From assembly GCA_963754925.1 (NCBI GenBank), contig CAVWHX010000004.1:320001-384000 (forward strand): a stretch of 64,000 nt of DNA, in the 5' to 3' direction. Made by a program: the position numbers and the translations under genes. The DNA is from an uncultured delta proteobacterium (GTDB taxonomy: Bacteria; Myxococcota; B64-G9). The notes beneath the pieces are model-generated. The model ran no database searches, was not told the DNA's origin, and saw nothing but the letters and a program-made list of their open reading frames with translations. This document shows positions 33,405 through 43,990 of the stretch, in pieces (the first letter of the stretch is position 1; every line of letters begins with the position of its first letter).

Positions 33405-34583
33405 TCAGTGGGAAAGCGACTTGCTCAGGCGCCAGGTCAGAAGCGGCAGCGCAAGCAGGATCGATATAATCCCGCTTATCCACAACGGCATGGCGTATCC
33501 CTGAAAATCGCCGAGCCAACCATAGATGATCGCACCCACCACAAATCCGAGCATGGTGGCCATGTTGATAAAGCCGGTGTTGCCTCCCATGCGTTCGATC
33601 GAAAACAGTCGGGAAATTCCCAAGTAGAGCACAACCATCATGGTGCCGTCGCCCAACCCATGAAGCGCGCGGAACGAAACCGATAGCATAACCGGAGAAA
33701 ACACCATGCCGATCGAGCCAACGCCGGAGGCAAGCAATCCACCCAACGCAAAGCCCCGCAGGCGCTCGGGTCGATCCAACGCCCGACCCGAAAGCAGCGC
33801 CGCCATGAATATCGCGATATACTCGGCACTCATATACCAGCCTAAATCGATCATATTAAGGTGCAGGTCGCTGCGTAAAAAAGGCCCATAGCAGGTGTAT
33901 TCAGCCCCCCAGTGCGTGGTAAAGAGAAACATCCAGAAGCCGAACAGCAACACCTGCGGTTTGCCGAGATCGGCGTGGTAGTCCGAAAGCCGTATGCGCG
34001 CTACCTTCGTCGGCGTGAGCCGGTACGCCAGCGGTATCAAGAGAAGACACGCCGCGCCGGAGATGCACAGCGCCCGCTCGAAGCCCACCCCTGCGATCAC
34101 GTAACCGATGGAGACCGTCCCGATGGCCGATCCGGCGTAGCGCCAAGCCTGGTACAACCCCAGCCGGCTGCCGGTTCTCTCGCCATTGTCGGTCTTGAGC
34201 ACCTGCACATCCAGGCTGAGCCTGAGCACCGCGCCGACCAGACTCCACGCTACAAAAACCATCAGCAACCAGCCAAATTCCCGCACAGAACCAATCAAGA
34301 CAAATCCGGTCGCCTGCAATACGAGACCGATCGCAATCATGGTGCGACTGGTGATTCGATCGTTGCCAAACCCGGCCGGCAGGGAGGCCAACACTCCGGT
34401 AACGGCCTGCAGGGCAAAAAGCACCCCGATTTGGGTGCCCGAATAGTGCAGGTTCTCCTTGAAAAATATCGCCAGGTAGAACGCGCCCACCGCCGAAAAC
34501 AACATCAATACCCCGGCCACGATCGACGGCAACCAATCGGTGCGGTAAGAGGCGGCTTCTGGTGTGGCCTGCATCGGTCGCAT
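33405..34583 (-). CDS. MFS transporter
   Basis: ~12 hydrophobic segments; GFGNDRITSR resembles MFS motif A; a separate gene once the upstream frameshift is corrected. Confidence 0.82.
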   Translation of the reverse strand: MRPMQATPEAASYRTDWLPSIVAGVLMLFSAVGAFYLAIFFKENLHYSGTQIGVLFALQAVTGVLASLPAGFGNDRITSRTMIAIGLVLQATGFVLIGSVREFGWLLMVFVAWSLVGAVLRLSLDVQVLKTDNGERTGSRLGLYQAWRYAGSAIGTVSIGYVIAGVGFERALCISGAACLLLIPLAYRLTPTKVARIRLSDYHADLGKPQVLLFGFWMFLFTTHWGAEYTCYGPFLRSDLHLNMIDLGWYMSAEYIAIFMAALLSGRALDRPERLRGFALGGLLASGVGSIGMVFSPVMLSVSFRALHGLGDGTMMVVLYLGISRLFSIERMGGNTGFINMATMLGFVVGAIIYGWLGDFQGYAMPLWISGIISILLALPLLTWRLSKSLSH

Positions 34584-34596
34584 GGAAATTGACAAA

Positions 34597-37049
34597 CTAG
34601 TGATACTCGCGGAGGGTCTGGGCCATAGCGATAAGTCGATCCGACACCTTACGGTTAACGGTACCATTGGGAAAAACGCCTGACGCGTTGGGTGTCCCCG
34701 CCTGAATTCCGGTGAGAATTTCGATCCCCTCGTCGACGTTAGAGATCGCCCGATATGAAACATGTGTTCGCGGACGGCTTCGATGACCTCGGACTTAAGC
34801 ATCAGGTTAACCAGATTTGCCCGTGGAATCAGAACGCCTTGGCTGCCGTTGAGGCCGCGTCCCAAACAAAGATCAAAGAAGCCTTCGATCTTTTGGTTGA
34901 TGCCGCCAATCGGCTGGATATCACCCTGTTGGCTAACCGAGCCGGTCACGGCAATGCCCTGTTCAAGCGGAAATTCGGCTAAAGCGCTCAGGACCGCGTA
35001 GACCTCGGTCGAGGAGGCCGAGTCGCCGTCGATCTCGCCATAGCTCTGCTCGAAGCAGATACTGGCCTCCAACGCCAGGGGGTGGTTACGGCCGAAGCGG
35101 TTGCGGAGGAAACCGGTGAGGATATACACGCCCTTGTCGTGGATTTCGCCGGAAAGCCCGCTTTCACGCTCGATGTTCACCACCCCGCGCCGTCCTGGTC
35201 CAACCGACGCGGTGATCCGAGACGGTTTGCCGAATGAGTAATCACCCAGATCGAACACCGCCAAACCATTGACCTGACCGATGCGACTACCCGAGGTAGC
35301 CACCATAATAATGTCGCGCTCGATGCTCTCGCGGTACTTTTCCTCGGATAGATTGAAGCGTTTGTAGCGTTCGTTGAGCGCTACCTGGACATCGGCGGGC
35401 AGCACCCTGCGGCGGTCGGCTTTTTTTGCCCAATAGGTGGCTTCGCGGAGCAGATCGGCCACCACGCGAAAGCGGGTGCTGAGCTTTTCTTGATCCTCGA
35501 CGTCGCGCATGGCTTCCTCTACCAGTAACGCGATTGCCGGGCGGATCGGCGGGAGCAGATTTTCCTCATTGACCACCCGTGCAATAAAGGCCATGAACCG
35601 TTCGATGTTGGGGTCCGAAAAGTCCATCTCAACATCAAACTCGGCTTTTACCTTAAAGGTCTTTTTAAAGTCGTCTTCACTCAGATAGAGCGCACGGTAG
35701 AGATCATCATCTCCCAGCATGATGATCTTGACATTAAGGGGAATCGGATCGGGCTTGAGAGCCGAAGGCACCATGGCCAGTGCTCCCTCCGGCGCGCGGA
35801 CCTCAAGCTGTCCGGCCGAGAGGGTACGCTTGAGTCCTTTCCAAACGCCCTGCTCGGTCAACACATCCTCTGCGTTGACGACCAAGAAACCGCCATCCGC
35901 GCGAAGCAAAGATCCGGCGCGGATGTTCATGAAGTCTGATTCGGTTTGAAACGCGTCTTCGATCGAACGCTCGATGGTACCGAACAGCCGCACCAATGTC
36001 GGCGAGTGCTCGAAAACCACCGGGCAACCCTTACGCCGTGCGTTGCTGAGGATCACATTGACCTGAAAGGGCGCCAGCGGATCACTGGGCGGTTGCCCGC
36101 CCGAGGGTTGGCCGTCGGTGCCGTGGCGCGCGTCCTCTTCGTTCTGCCGGACCAGCTGCGGGATGCGTTCCAGCAGGGCCTCGCGCACGCCATCGATATA
36201 GTCGATCACCGCCTCTTCCTGAAATTGATCGCGGAGATCTCCAATCAAGGTGTCGATCACGGCACTACCGGTACGTCGGTCGAAGTCTTCGATCACGCCG
36301 TTCATCTCCCGCACCAAGGAGCGCGTGCGCCGCTGAATCTGCTCAAGCTCACTGCGCAGCTTTTGATGTTTGCGCTCGAGGGCCTTGTGTCGACGTTTGG
36401 TGAGCGTTCCCTTGGCGACCATTTCCTCCAAGGCGGCCATCGTCTGCGGTTCCCCGTTGATGACGGGGAGAACATCGTGCTCAACCACCGGCCCGCCCTG
36501 CATTTCGACTACCGTGAAGGAGAGATCTCTAATTTTCTCTTGAAACATTGAGACGAGCTCGTGTTCGCGTTTCTGGTATTCGGCCAGAATGCGATCACGC
36601 TCCTTCTGGCAGGCCTCGGTCGTTAACGCCCGCGGCAATTCGCGTTTAAGGTTGCCAATGAGGTTATCCACGGTCTTCTTGAGGCGTCGGCCCTGGCCCG
36701 GCGCGAGGACCAACAATTGAGCCCGATCGGTTTCTTGGAAATTGTGCACATACACGTAATCATGCAGTGGACAGCGCGGCTGCTTGAAGCTCTTTAAAAT
36801 ATGCCGGGCCGTAGTCATGCGGCCGATGCCGCTCGGCCCCGAGACGAATACGTTGTAACCCGGGCTCTCCAGGCGTAGGCCAAGCTCAAGCGCCACGATG
36901 GCGCGATCTTGACCAATGATATGCGTGCGATGACGCAGGAATGCCTTAGGCAACGGCAGGCTGCGCGGATCGATGCGACGGCGCAGTTGGTGCGGTTGGA
37001 GGGACAGTCGTTCGTGGGCGTGACTTGCTTTTGGATTCATTCGTTGCAT
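34597..37049 (-). CDS. Lon-like ATP-dependent protease (AAA_32 + Lon_C), frameshifted at ~34751
   Basis: IGQDRA, GQVNGL, FEQSYGEIDGDSASS, PIGGINQKIEGFF; the corrected frame reads FHIWAISNVDEGIEILTG and stops at 34597. Confidence 0.9.
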
Positions 37050-37055
37050 CCGTTT

Positions 37056-38105
37056 TCAGACCGTTTTTCCGAGCACCACTCGATCGAACACTTCCTTAAT
37101 ATCCATGATAGCATTAAGATCGAATTCGACGGGGTAGCGCTGGCCGTGTTGGCTCGTGACGACGCCTGCAAACTTTTTTGGCCCCTGTTGCTGCAGGCAG
37201 AACGTGTAGAGACCCTGAATCACCTTCAAATCGACCTCCAGGTGCAACCGTCCAGAAGCGGCTGATATCTTCACCCCGGTGCCCAGTTTATCGAATAATT
37301 CGCGCAGGGGGATGGGTGGGTAGCGTTCCGTGGTTGGCTCTAAGGCTTCGACCAACTCAACGATTTCGGCAGTACCGACTCTTGAGGAGAAAGGACCTAC
37401 TACGGGGACCGAATCGTTTCTCGAGAGCGTATCGATCGATAACGTTGGCTCAATGTCGGTTCCTAACGGTGGAAACGCCGCATCCGTATCATCCGTTGGC
37501 GTCAAGGTTGCGTAGATACGTTCCTCGATTGCGGCGACGAGCCGTACGAGCGCATCGAGATCGGCGGTCGGTTCGCCCGAAAGCACCAGATTGCGATCGG
37601 TTGGTGCGATGCGCCCGGTCAGCGAATGGCCGCTCACCGCGGCTACGGTCACCGTACCCGTGTTTGAGGCCAGAAGCTCTACCTCAAGCCCGTGCAGGTT
37701 GCAGCAACCGCGCAGGCGGAGAATATCGTGTTCAAGTTCCAACCTCACCCCCACGGCCGCCACCTGTTCGCGAACCCGCGCGAGCTCCTTGAGCCGTTTG
37801 TTGAGCAGCTCGACCACGAGGGAGCAAAACTGCGTTGCATTCGACATACCGGCGACGGGCAGAAGCGGCAGCGATCGTAAAAAAAGCGGCTCGGCAATTT
37901 TCACATACCCGGCAGCCGCCCCATAAATACGTAAGGCCGGTACGGGTTCACGGGTAAGCGGGTGAATGAACACCCCCCCGACCACCGGGACGATACCGAC
38001 GATACCCATGATGGGGTCGTCGAGCTCAAAGCGTTGCACCAAACCGACCAGCGATTGGCGAACGGCGCGCAGTTCAGCGCTTCCCGACCGGGGTGGCCCG
38101 TTCAA
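37056..38105 (-). CDS. Hypothetical protein
   Basis: GGAGG then TTG start overlapping the queH stop; long ORF ending 6 nt before the Lon-like gene. Confidence 0.6.
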   Translation of the reverse strand: MNGPPRSGSAELRAVRQSLVGLVQRFELDDPIMGIVGIVPVVGGVFIHPLTREPVPALRIYGAAAGYVKIAEPLFLRSLPLLPVAGMSNATQFCSLVVELLNKRLKELARVREQVAAVGVRLELEHDILRLRGCCNLHGLEVELLASNTGTVTVAAVSGHSLTGRIAPTDRNLVLSGEPTADLDALVRLVAAIEERIYATLTPTDDTDAAFPPLGTDIEPTLSIDTLSRNDSVPVVGPFSSRVGTAEIVELVEALEPTTERYPPIPLRELFDKLGTGVKISAASGRLHLEVDLKVIQGLYTFCLQQQGPKKFAGVVTSQHGQRYPVEFDLNAIMDIKEVFDRVVLGKTV

Positions 38106-38716
38106 CCGGCACCTCCATGCTGATGCGGCGTATGCGGCTGCAGCCCCAGCCGGCGCGCCGCATGCGCTGCGGACCGGCTGAGGCCGCAGCCACAATAGGA
38201 TTGTCGGTGCAAGCCGTACTCGCGCGCCAGCACGACCACCCGGTCCGAACCGCTGCGTTTCTTGAAATCTTCAACCAGATAGCGCACGCCCAGCGCTTCT
38301 CCGACGGCGACGCCGATGCGCGCGAGTACCCGCGAGTCCTTCTGGCGGCCGGCGCTCAGACTCACCGTGAACGTCTCAATGCCACGGGCTCGGGCCTCAC
38401 AGGCGGTCGCCTCCATGCGCAACCGATAGCAGTGTTCGCAACGGATGCTGCGCTCGGGCAGGTGTCTAAATGGCGCTATTGCCGTACCCCAGGCAGCCGG
38501 CCGATACGGTCCTTCAATTAACGCAATCCTCAACTTCATGCACAAGCTCCGCATGTCCTCCAAGCGTAAGCGGTATTCTGCATACGGATGAATGTTGGGG
38601 TTATACCAGAAGACCACGGGCTCATAGCATTCCCGCAGACGCTCGATCGGCACCGTGGCACACGGCGCGCAACAAGCGTGGAGCAGTATTTTGGTGTGGC
38701 AACCCGGTGTGCTCAT
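38102..38716 (-). CDS. queH: Epoxyqueuosine reductase
   Basis: LLHACCAPC, YNPNIHP..EY, RCEHCY, RQSYCGC. Confidence 0.9.
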   Translation of the reverse strand: MSTPGCHTKILLHACCAPCATVPIERLRECYEPVVFWYNPNIHPYAEYRLRLEDMRSLCMKLRIALIEGPYRPAAWGTAIAPFRHLPERSIRCEHCYRLRMEATACEARARGIETFTVSLSAGRQKDSRVLARIGVAVGEALGVRYLVEDFKKRSGSDRVVVLAREYGLHRQSYCGCGLSRSAAHAARRLGLQPHTPHQHGGAG

Positions 38717-40009
38717 TTCACCGTGGCGGTCGGTGCGCTCGCTTGCGCCGGTGCCGCAGCGGGAGTGCGAAAACGTTCCCACGCCCGCAGGTAATAGAGA
38801 GCCGTACGTAGTTGAAAGTCGGGGAGCGCATCGAGTTTTTCGCGTTCGTCGGCGCCCGCCCCCTCGTGTTTGAGGTGCTGCTCGAGGTCGATCTCGCGGG
38901 TGATGTGCACCTCGCCTTCCTTGGCCGGAGCCTCCGGTGTAACCACCACGTCCGGCACAATCCCCTCTTCTTGAATCGAACGCATATTCGGGGTGTAGTA
39001 ACGGGCGATAGTCATCTTCAGACCTGAGCCATCCTTGAGTCCCACAACCGTTTGCACTGAGCCCTTACCAAAGGTGCGGGTCCCGAGGATCAACGCGCGC
39101 CCGTGGTCCTGTAAAGCGCCGGCAACAATCTCTGCCGCCGAGGCGCTGCCGCCGTTAACCAGGCAGACTATTGGGTAGCGCGGCTCGGTTCCCTGTTTGT
39201 GCGCGAATTCCTTATCGATCTTATCGCCCCGACCCTTGATAACGACAATGACGCCATCGTCGAGGAAACGATCCGCCACCCGCACCGCTTGATCGAGCAG
39301 GCCGCCCGGGTTGTTGCGCAAATCAATCACCAAACCCTTGAGTTCACCCCCGGCTTGTTCTAAGCGCTTTGAGCGCTTCAAGCATGTACCGCTCGGTGCG
39401 CTCTTGAAAGGAGCGGATGCGGATCACGCCGTAGCCGGAAAGCGGCATGGACTTGTCGATCGGGTTGGTATGGATGCGTTGGCGAATCAAGATAAAGTCC
39501 TTGGGAGCTTCGAATCCTTCGCGATCGATGGTGAGCACCACTTTGGTGCCCGGCACTCCCTTGATGCGACGGGTGGCTTCGACCACATCCATGTGCTTGA
39601 CCTCGGCCCCATCGATCTTAACGATCCGGTCGCCCGCCAGCACCCCGGCCCGGGCTGCCGGGGTCCCGTCCATAGGCGCCACCACCACCAAGGCATTCTC
39701 GCGAACCTCGAGCTCTACGCCCACACCACCGAATTGACCGGAGGTATCCTCTTGCATTGATTTGAACTCTTCCGGGGTCATGAACGTGGTGTGGGGGTCG
39801 AGGGTCTTCAACATTCCCCGGATCGACCCATAGAGGAGCTTCTTCGTATCAATTTTTTCGACATAGGCGTTTTGAATGTACTGCAATACCTGTGCGAAAA
39901 CATCGAGCTTGTCGTAAACCTCATCGCTTCCTGTTTGGGCATGCACACCGATAGAAAAAATCCAGACCCCACATGCCGCCATGCACGCGAACCGCCTCGG
40001 TGAAATCAT
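38713..40009 (-). CDS. ctpA: Carboxyl-terminal processing protease (S41, PDZ), frameshifted at ~39362
   Basis: LDPHT, GQFGGVGV, DLRNNPGGLL, SASAAEIVAGALQD, TFGKGSVQ. Confidence 0.88.
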
Positions 40010-40168
40010 GGTATGCTCCTTGCCTTCGAGATCTCTCATGGACCAAGAGATGGTTAACCTCGCTTAGCTCGGCAACAATCTCTACTATCCGTTGCATAGT
40101 AACATATCTCAATAACTCAGAGCGAATTCCAGGAAAACGTTGTCGTACGTTTTGGTTAGACGAGTTCA

Positions 40169-40198
40169 TTGACAGATTCGTCAGCAGACTAATATTAT
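40169..40198 (+). promoter_or_regulatory. Sigma-70-like promoter overlapped by a TGAC-N6-GTCA palindrome
   Basis: TTGACA...TATTAT (18-nt spacer); TGACAGATTCGTCA overlaps the -35. Confidence 0.45.
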
Positions 40199-40279
40199 AC
40201 ACCCATCTGGAGAGGAACGGCATGCACGCAAGGTTCTATGAAGGCGCCGTCTTCAACCATTTACGGGAAGGAATCACCT

Positions 40280-41977
40280 ATGTCCGAGCTCACGGATCGG
40301 CCTTGGTTCAAATACTGGCCCGAAGACGTTCCCAAACACCTCGACTATCCAAATATATCATTGGCCGAATTCTTTGATAGCGTCGCCACAAACAACCCCG
40401 ACAACCATGCAATCATATTTTTTGATACGATAGTCACGTATGGACAGCTCAAACGTTTTGTCGATTCCTTCGCCACCGCTCTTACCAAACTCGGCGTCAA
40501 GAAGGGCGATGTCGTTGGCCTGCGATTGCCAAATTGCATCCACTTTGTGATCGCCTACTATGCGGCACTTAAGCTAGGGGCGATAGTCACCGCCAATAAC
40601 CCGTTGTATAAAGCGGCTGAGATCGAACACCAGTTATCCGACTCGGGGGCGAAGGTCCTGGTGGTGATGGACCTGGTGTATGACGAAGCCGCCCGCGCCT
40701 TGCCTAAAACAAAAGTTGAGAAGGTCATCGGCTGCAACATCGCCGATTTCCTTCCGGGTATGAAACGCTTTCTGGGCAAGCTGTTCGGTAAGATTCCGAG
40801 CGCGCCGATACCTTCAAACACCTTGCGCTTCATGGATCTCCTGCGCACCGCGCCCAACCCGCCCACGGTTAGTATCGATCCGGCCAACGATCTGGCCCTG
40901 CTCCAATACACGGGCGGAACGACTGGTTTGCCAAAGGGCGCCATGCTCACTCACCGCAACTTGCTGGCAAATGCTTTGCAGTCTGCCGCTACCGATCCAA
41001 GGGCGAGGAAAGGAAAGGAAATAGTTGTCGGGGTCCTGCCGCTCTTTCACATCTATGCGATGACCACAGTTCTTAATCTCGCGATGGTTTATAAAAGCGC
41101 GATGCTTCTTTTCCCAAAAGTTCCGGAGTGGGCCGATCTGCTCGATAAGATTCAGCACTACCGCGCCACCATTTTTCCCGGTGTAGCAGCGCTTTACAAC
41201 GCCATCAACAATTTCGATCGCGTCAAGGAGTTTGATCTCTCCAGCATCCGCACCTGTATCTCCGGCGCCGGGCCGTTGCCGATCGAGGTCCAAGAACGCT
41301 TCGAGAAACTTTCCGGCGCCAAGCTGACCGAGGGCTACGGGCTGACGGAGGCCTCACCGATCACCCATGGCAACCCGCTGTATGGCCGCCGACAGAACGG
41401 TTCAATCGGCTTCCCCCTGGCCGATACGGACGCCAAAATCATGGACTCTGAGACCGGCACCCGCGAGTGCAAGACCAATGAAACGGGCGAATTGGTGGTC
41501 AAGGGCCCGCAGGTGATGAAGGGATATTTCCGGCAGCCTGAGGAAACCGAGCAGACTCTGCGCGATGGCTGGCTGTACACCGGCGACCTCGGCATGATGA
41601 ACGACGACGGTTACTTCATCATCGTCGATCGTAAAAAAGACCTGATCAAGCGCAGCGGTTACTCGGTCTTCCCGCGCGAGATTGAAGACTTTCTGTACAA
41701 GAACCCCCATGTGCTCGAGTGCGCCGTGATCGGCGTTCCCGATAAAGATTCCGGCGAAGAGATCAAGGCCTTCGTTGCACTCAAACCCGATTCCAAGGGA
41801 ACGGTCACCGAAAAGGAGATCATCGCCTGGGCCAAGGAAAAGATGGCCGCCTACAAGTATCCGCGCATCGTCGAGTTCGTCGACGAGATTCCCAAGGGCA
41901 CTGCCGGCAAGATCCTGCGCCGGGCACTCAAAGAGCAGGAGATGGCCAAGATTAAAAACAGTAGGCAGGCCAAATAA
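40280..41977 (+). CDS. fadD: Long-chain-fatty-acid--CoA ligase
   Basis: LQYTGGTTGLPKGA, EGYGLTEASP, GWLYTGD, DRKKDLI, GKILRR. Confidence 0.9.
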   Translation: MSELTDRPWFKYWPEDVPKHLDYPNISLAEFFDSVATNNPDNHAIIFFDTIVTYGQLKRFVDSFATALTKLGVKKGDVVGLRLPNCIHFVIAYYAALKLGAIVTANNPLYKAAEIEHQLSDSGAKVLVVMDLVYDEAARALPKTKVEKVIGCNIADFLPGMKRFLGKLFGKIPSAPIPSNTLRFMDLLRTAPNPPTVSIDPANDLALLQYTGGTTGLPKGAMLTHRNLLANALQSAATDPRARKGKEIVVGVLPLFHIYAMTTVLNLAMVYKSAMLLFPKVPEWADLLDKIQHYRATIFPGVAALYNAINNFDRVKEFDLSSIRTCISGAGPLPIEVQERFEKLSGAKLTEGYGLTEASPITHGNPLYGRRQNGSIGFPLADTDAKIMDSETGTRECKTNETGELVVKGPQVMKGYFRQPEETEQTLRDGWLYTGDLGMMNDDGYFIIVDRKKDLIKRSGYSVFPREIEDFLYKNPHVLECAVIGVPDKDSGEEIKAFVALKPDSKGTVTEKEIIAWAKEKMAAYKYPRIVEFVDEIPKGTAGKILRRALKEQEMAKIKNSRQAK

Positions 41978-42025
41978 GTCTTCTTGGGCATTTTTCTAAG
42001 AACGAAAATACAGAGGAGACGATTA

Positions 42026-43246
42026 ATGGACCTCGAATTCCTTGCCAGTCTTGCGGTGCAAAATAATTCAAAGGTGGTACTGGTGGTGCTGGACGGCTTG
42101 GGAGATCTCCCGGGGCCGAACGGGAAGACAGCGCTGGAAGCCGCCACTATTCCCAATCTCGACCGCCTCGCTGCACAGGGCATCTGCGGTTTTCATGATC
42201 CCGTGGCGCCCGGCATCACGCCAGGCTCCGGCCCCGCCCACATCGGCCTTTTTGGGTACGACCCGCTGCGCTACACGATCGGCCGCGGGGTACTCGATAC
42301 GGCGGGGACGCCGTTTATTTTTCAAGGCGGCGATTTGGCCTCCCGGTTAAACTTCGCCACCATAAAAAAGGACGGTTCCATTGGCGACCGGCGTGCGGGG
42401 CGCATAAGCGACGCCGAGGGCAAACGGGTCACCGATAAGCTCGCGGCGGCTATCCAAGAGATCGACGGCGTACGGGTGCTTTTTCAACATGTCAAGGAGT
42501 ACCGCGCGGCGATAGTGTTTCGCGGCGCCGTACTCGATCCGAAACTCACCGATAGCGACCCGCAGAAAGAGGGGCTCAAACCCCTCCCGGTGGTGCCCAC
42601 CGAGCGTAAGCCGAGCGCTAAGGCCCAGCGCGCAGCTAAGCTTGCCAACGCCTTTATCGCCCGCGCTCAGGAAATGCTCGCCGACGAGCCCAGGGCCAAC
42701 TTTGTCATGATGCGCGGGTTTGACCTTTACGTGCCGTTGCCAAATATCTGCGATCTGTATAAGTGGCGCACCACGGCTATCGCTGCCTACCCGATGTACA
42801 AGGGTGTCTCGAGGCTTGCCGGCATGCGGGTGATCGAGGAGGGCCAGCAGACCGTCGAGGACGAGCTTGCCTTAGTCGAGCGAGAGTTGCCGAATACCGA
42901 CTTCCTCTTCCTGCACATTAAAAAAACCGACTCTGCCGGTGAGGATGGCAATTTCACCGCCAAGGTTGAGGTTATCGAGCACTTCGATCACCTGGTCCCG
43001 CGACTGACGGCGCTTGCGCCCGACGTATTGTGCGTCACCGGCGATCACTCAACTCCCTGCAGTATGAAGAGCCATTCCTTCCACCCCGTGCCCGTGTGCA
43101 TTTCGGCCAGGACCGCTCGCAGAGATCAATGCGAGGCGTTCAACGAAAGCGCATTGTTAATGGGTGGGCTCGGGCGTATCCGTAGCATGGAATTGATGCC
43201 GCTGTTACTTGCCCACGCTGGACGATTGGCCAAATTCGGGGCATAG
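42026..43246 (+). CDS. apgM: 2,3-bisphosphoglycerate-independent phosphoglycerate mutase (archaeal type)
   Basis: LDGLGD, PGSGPAH, DRRAGRI, TDSDP, TGDHSTP. Confidence 0.9.
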   Translation: MDLEFLASLAVQNNSKVVLVVLDGLGDLPGPNGKTALEAATIPNLDRLAAQGICGFHDPVAPGITPGSGPAHIGLFGYDPLRYTIGRGVLDTAGTPFIFQGGDLASRLNFATIKKDGSIGDRRAGRISDAEGKRVTDKLAAAIQEIDGVRVLFQHVKEYRAAIVFRGAVLDPKLTDSDPQKEGLKPLPVVPTERKPSAKAQRAAKLANAFIARAQEMLADEPRANFVMMRGFDLYVPLPNICDLYKWRTTAIAAYPMYKGVSRLAGMRVIEEGQQTVEDELALVERELPNTDFLFLHIKKTDSAGEDGNFTAKVEVIEHFDHLVPRLTALAPDVLCVTGDHSTPCSMKSHSFHPVPVCISARTARRDQCEAFNESALLMGGLGRIRSMELMPLLLAHAGRLAKFGA

Positions 43247-43280
43247 AGACGGTTGCTGAGCGAAGCGACAGGGAGTAGCC
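43244..43280 (-). repeat. Degenerate partial copy of the hairpin repeat, starting at the apgM stop codon
   Basis: Plus strand TAGAGACGGTTGCTGAGCGAAGCGA matches the TAGAGACTGTT..GCGAAG arm of the family. Confidence 0.4.
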
Positions 43281-43383
43281 GCAGCAAAAACATTGCAAAG
43301 TAACACTAATGGTGGTAGTTAATTACAATATATTCATGGTATTGCTCTCTTGAGTGATACGTGAACGCGTGATGAGGTAACCC

Positions 43384-43830
43384 ATGGCCAGTATCCCGAA
43401 AGAATCTCTCGAACGGCTGGTCTTCTTACGGCGTGAGATCGACCGTATTTTCAGGGAATTCTTCGATCCGCAGCGAACTGAAGCAATGGAAAACGGTGGT
43501 CATTTGGAGGTAGCGTTGGACATGTTCGAGACTCCGGAAGAGTTCGTGATCGAAGCAGAGCTTCCGGGAGTGCAGAAAAGCGAAATTGAGCTCTCGGTGC
43601 TGCGCGACATCATCATCATCGAGGGGACAAAAGCCAAACGCAAGGTGCCTGGCAAATGCAATTATCATTGCATGGAGCGTAACACGGGCAACTTCCGGCG
43701 CATTATCGAGATCCCGGGAGCCGGGGATACACGCGCCATTAAGGCGGAGTTCGATAAAGGCCTGCTCCGATTGCGACTGCCGAAGATCAATGATCGTCGG
43801 GGAAGCCGGTGTACGGTGCCGATTGAATAG
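43384..43830 (+). CDS. Hsp20/alpha-crystallin small heat shock protein
   Basis: DMFET, AELPGV, ER..G.FRR, AEFDKGLLRLRLPK. Confidence 0.9.
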   Translation: MASIPKESLERLVFLRREIDRIFREFFDPQRTEAMENGGHLEVALDMFETPEEFVIEAELPGVQKSEIELSVLRDIIIIEGTKAKRKVPGKCNYHCMERNTGNFRRIIEIPGAGDTRAIKAEFDKGLLRLRLPKINDRRGSRCTVPIE

Positions 43831-43990
43831 GCCCCGACCGTCGCCGTTCTGGTGGCACACAACGACACCTACCATAACAAAGGGGAGAAACTTTTGCACA
43901 GGGGTGGGAACCGAAATCTTGGGCGTTGCCAACCATGGCCGGATGTGCTTCCCCCTGAAAACCTTGAACGTTTGTCATGTGCGATAACCC

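Noticed and set aside
33405..37049. 1214-aa Lon protease-MFS transporter fusion in the ORF track
   Set aside because: Adding one base at ~34751 restores the conserved Lon C-terminus (FHIWAISNVDEGIEILTG) ending at TAG 34597. The MFS has its own ATG at 34583, so the fusion is a frameshift artefact.
43330..43383. CIRCE or HAIR heat-shock operator upstream of hsp20
   Set aside because: Only a half-site (CTTGAGT / GAGTGAT) without a correctly spaced partner.
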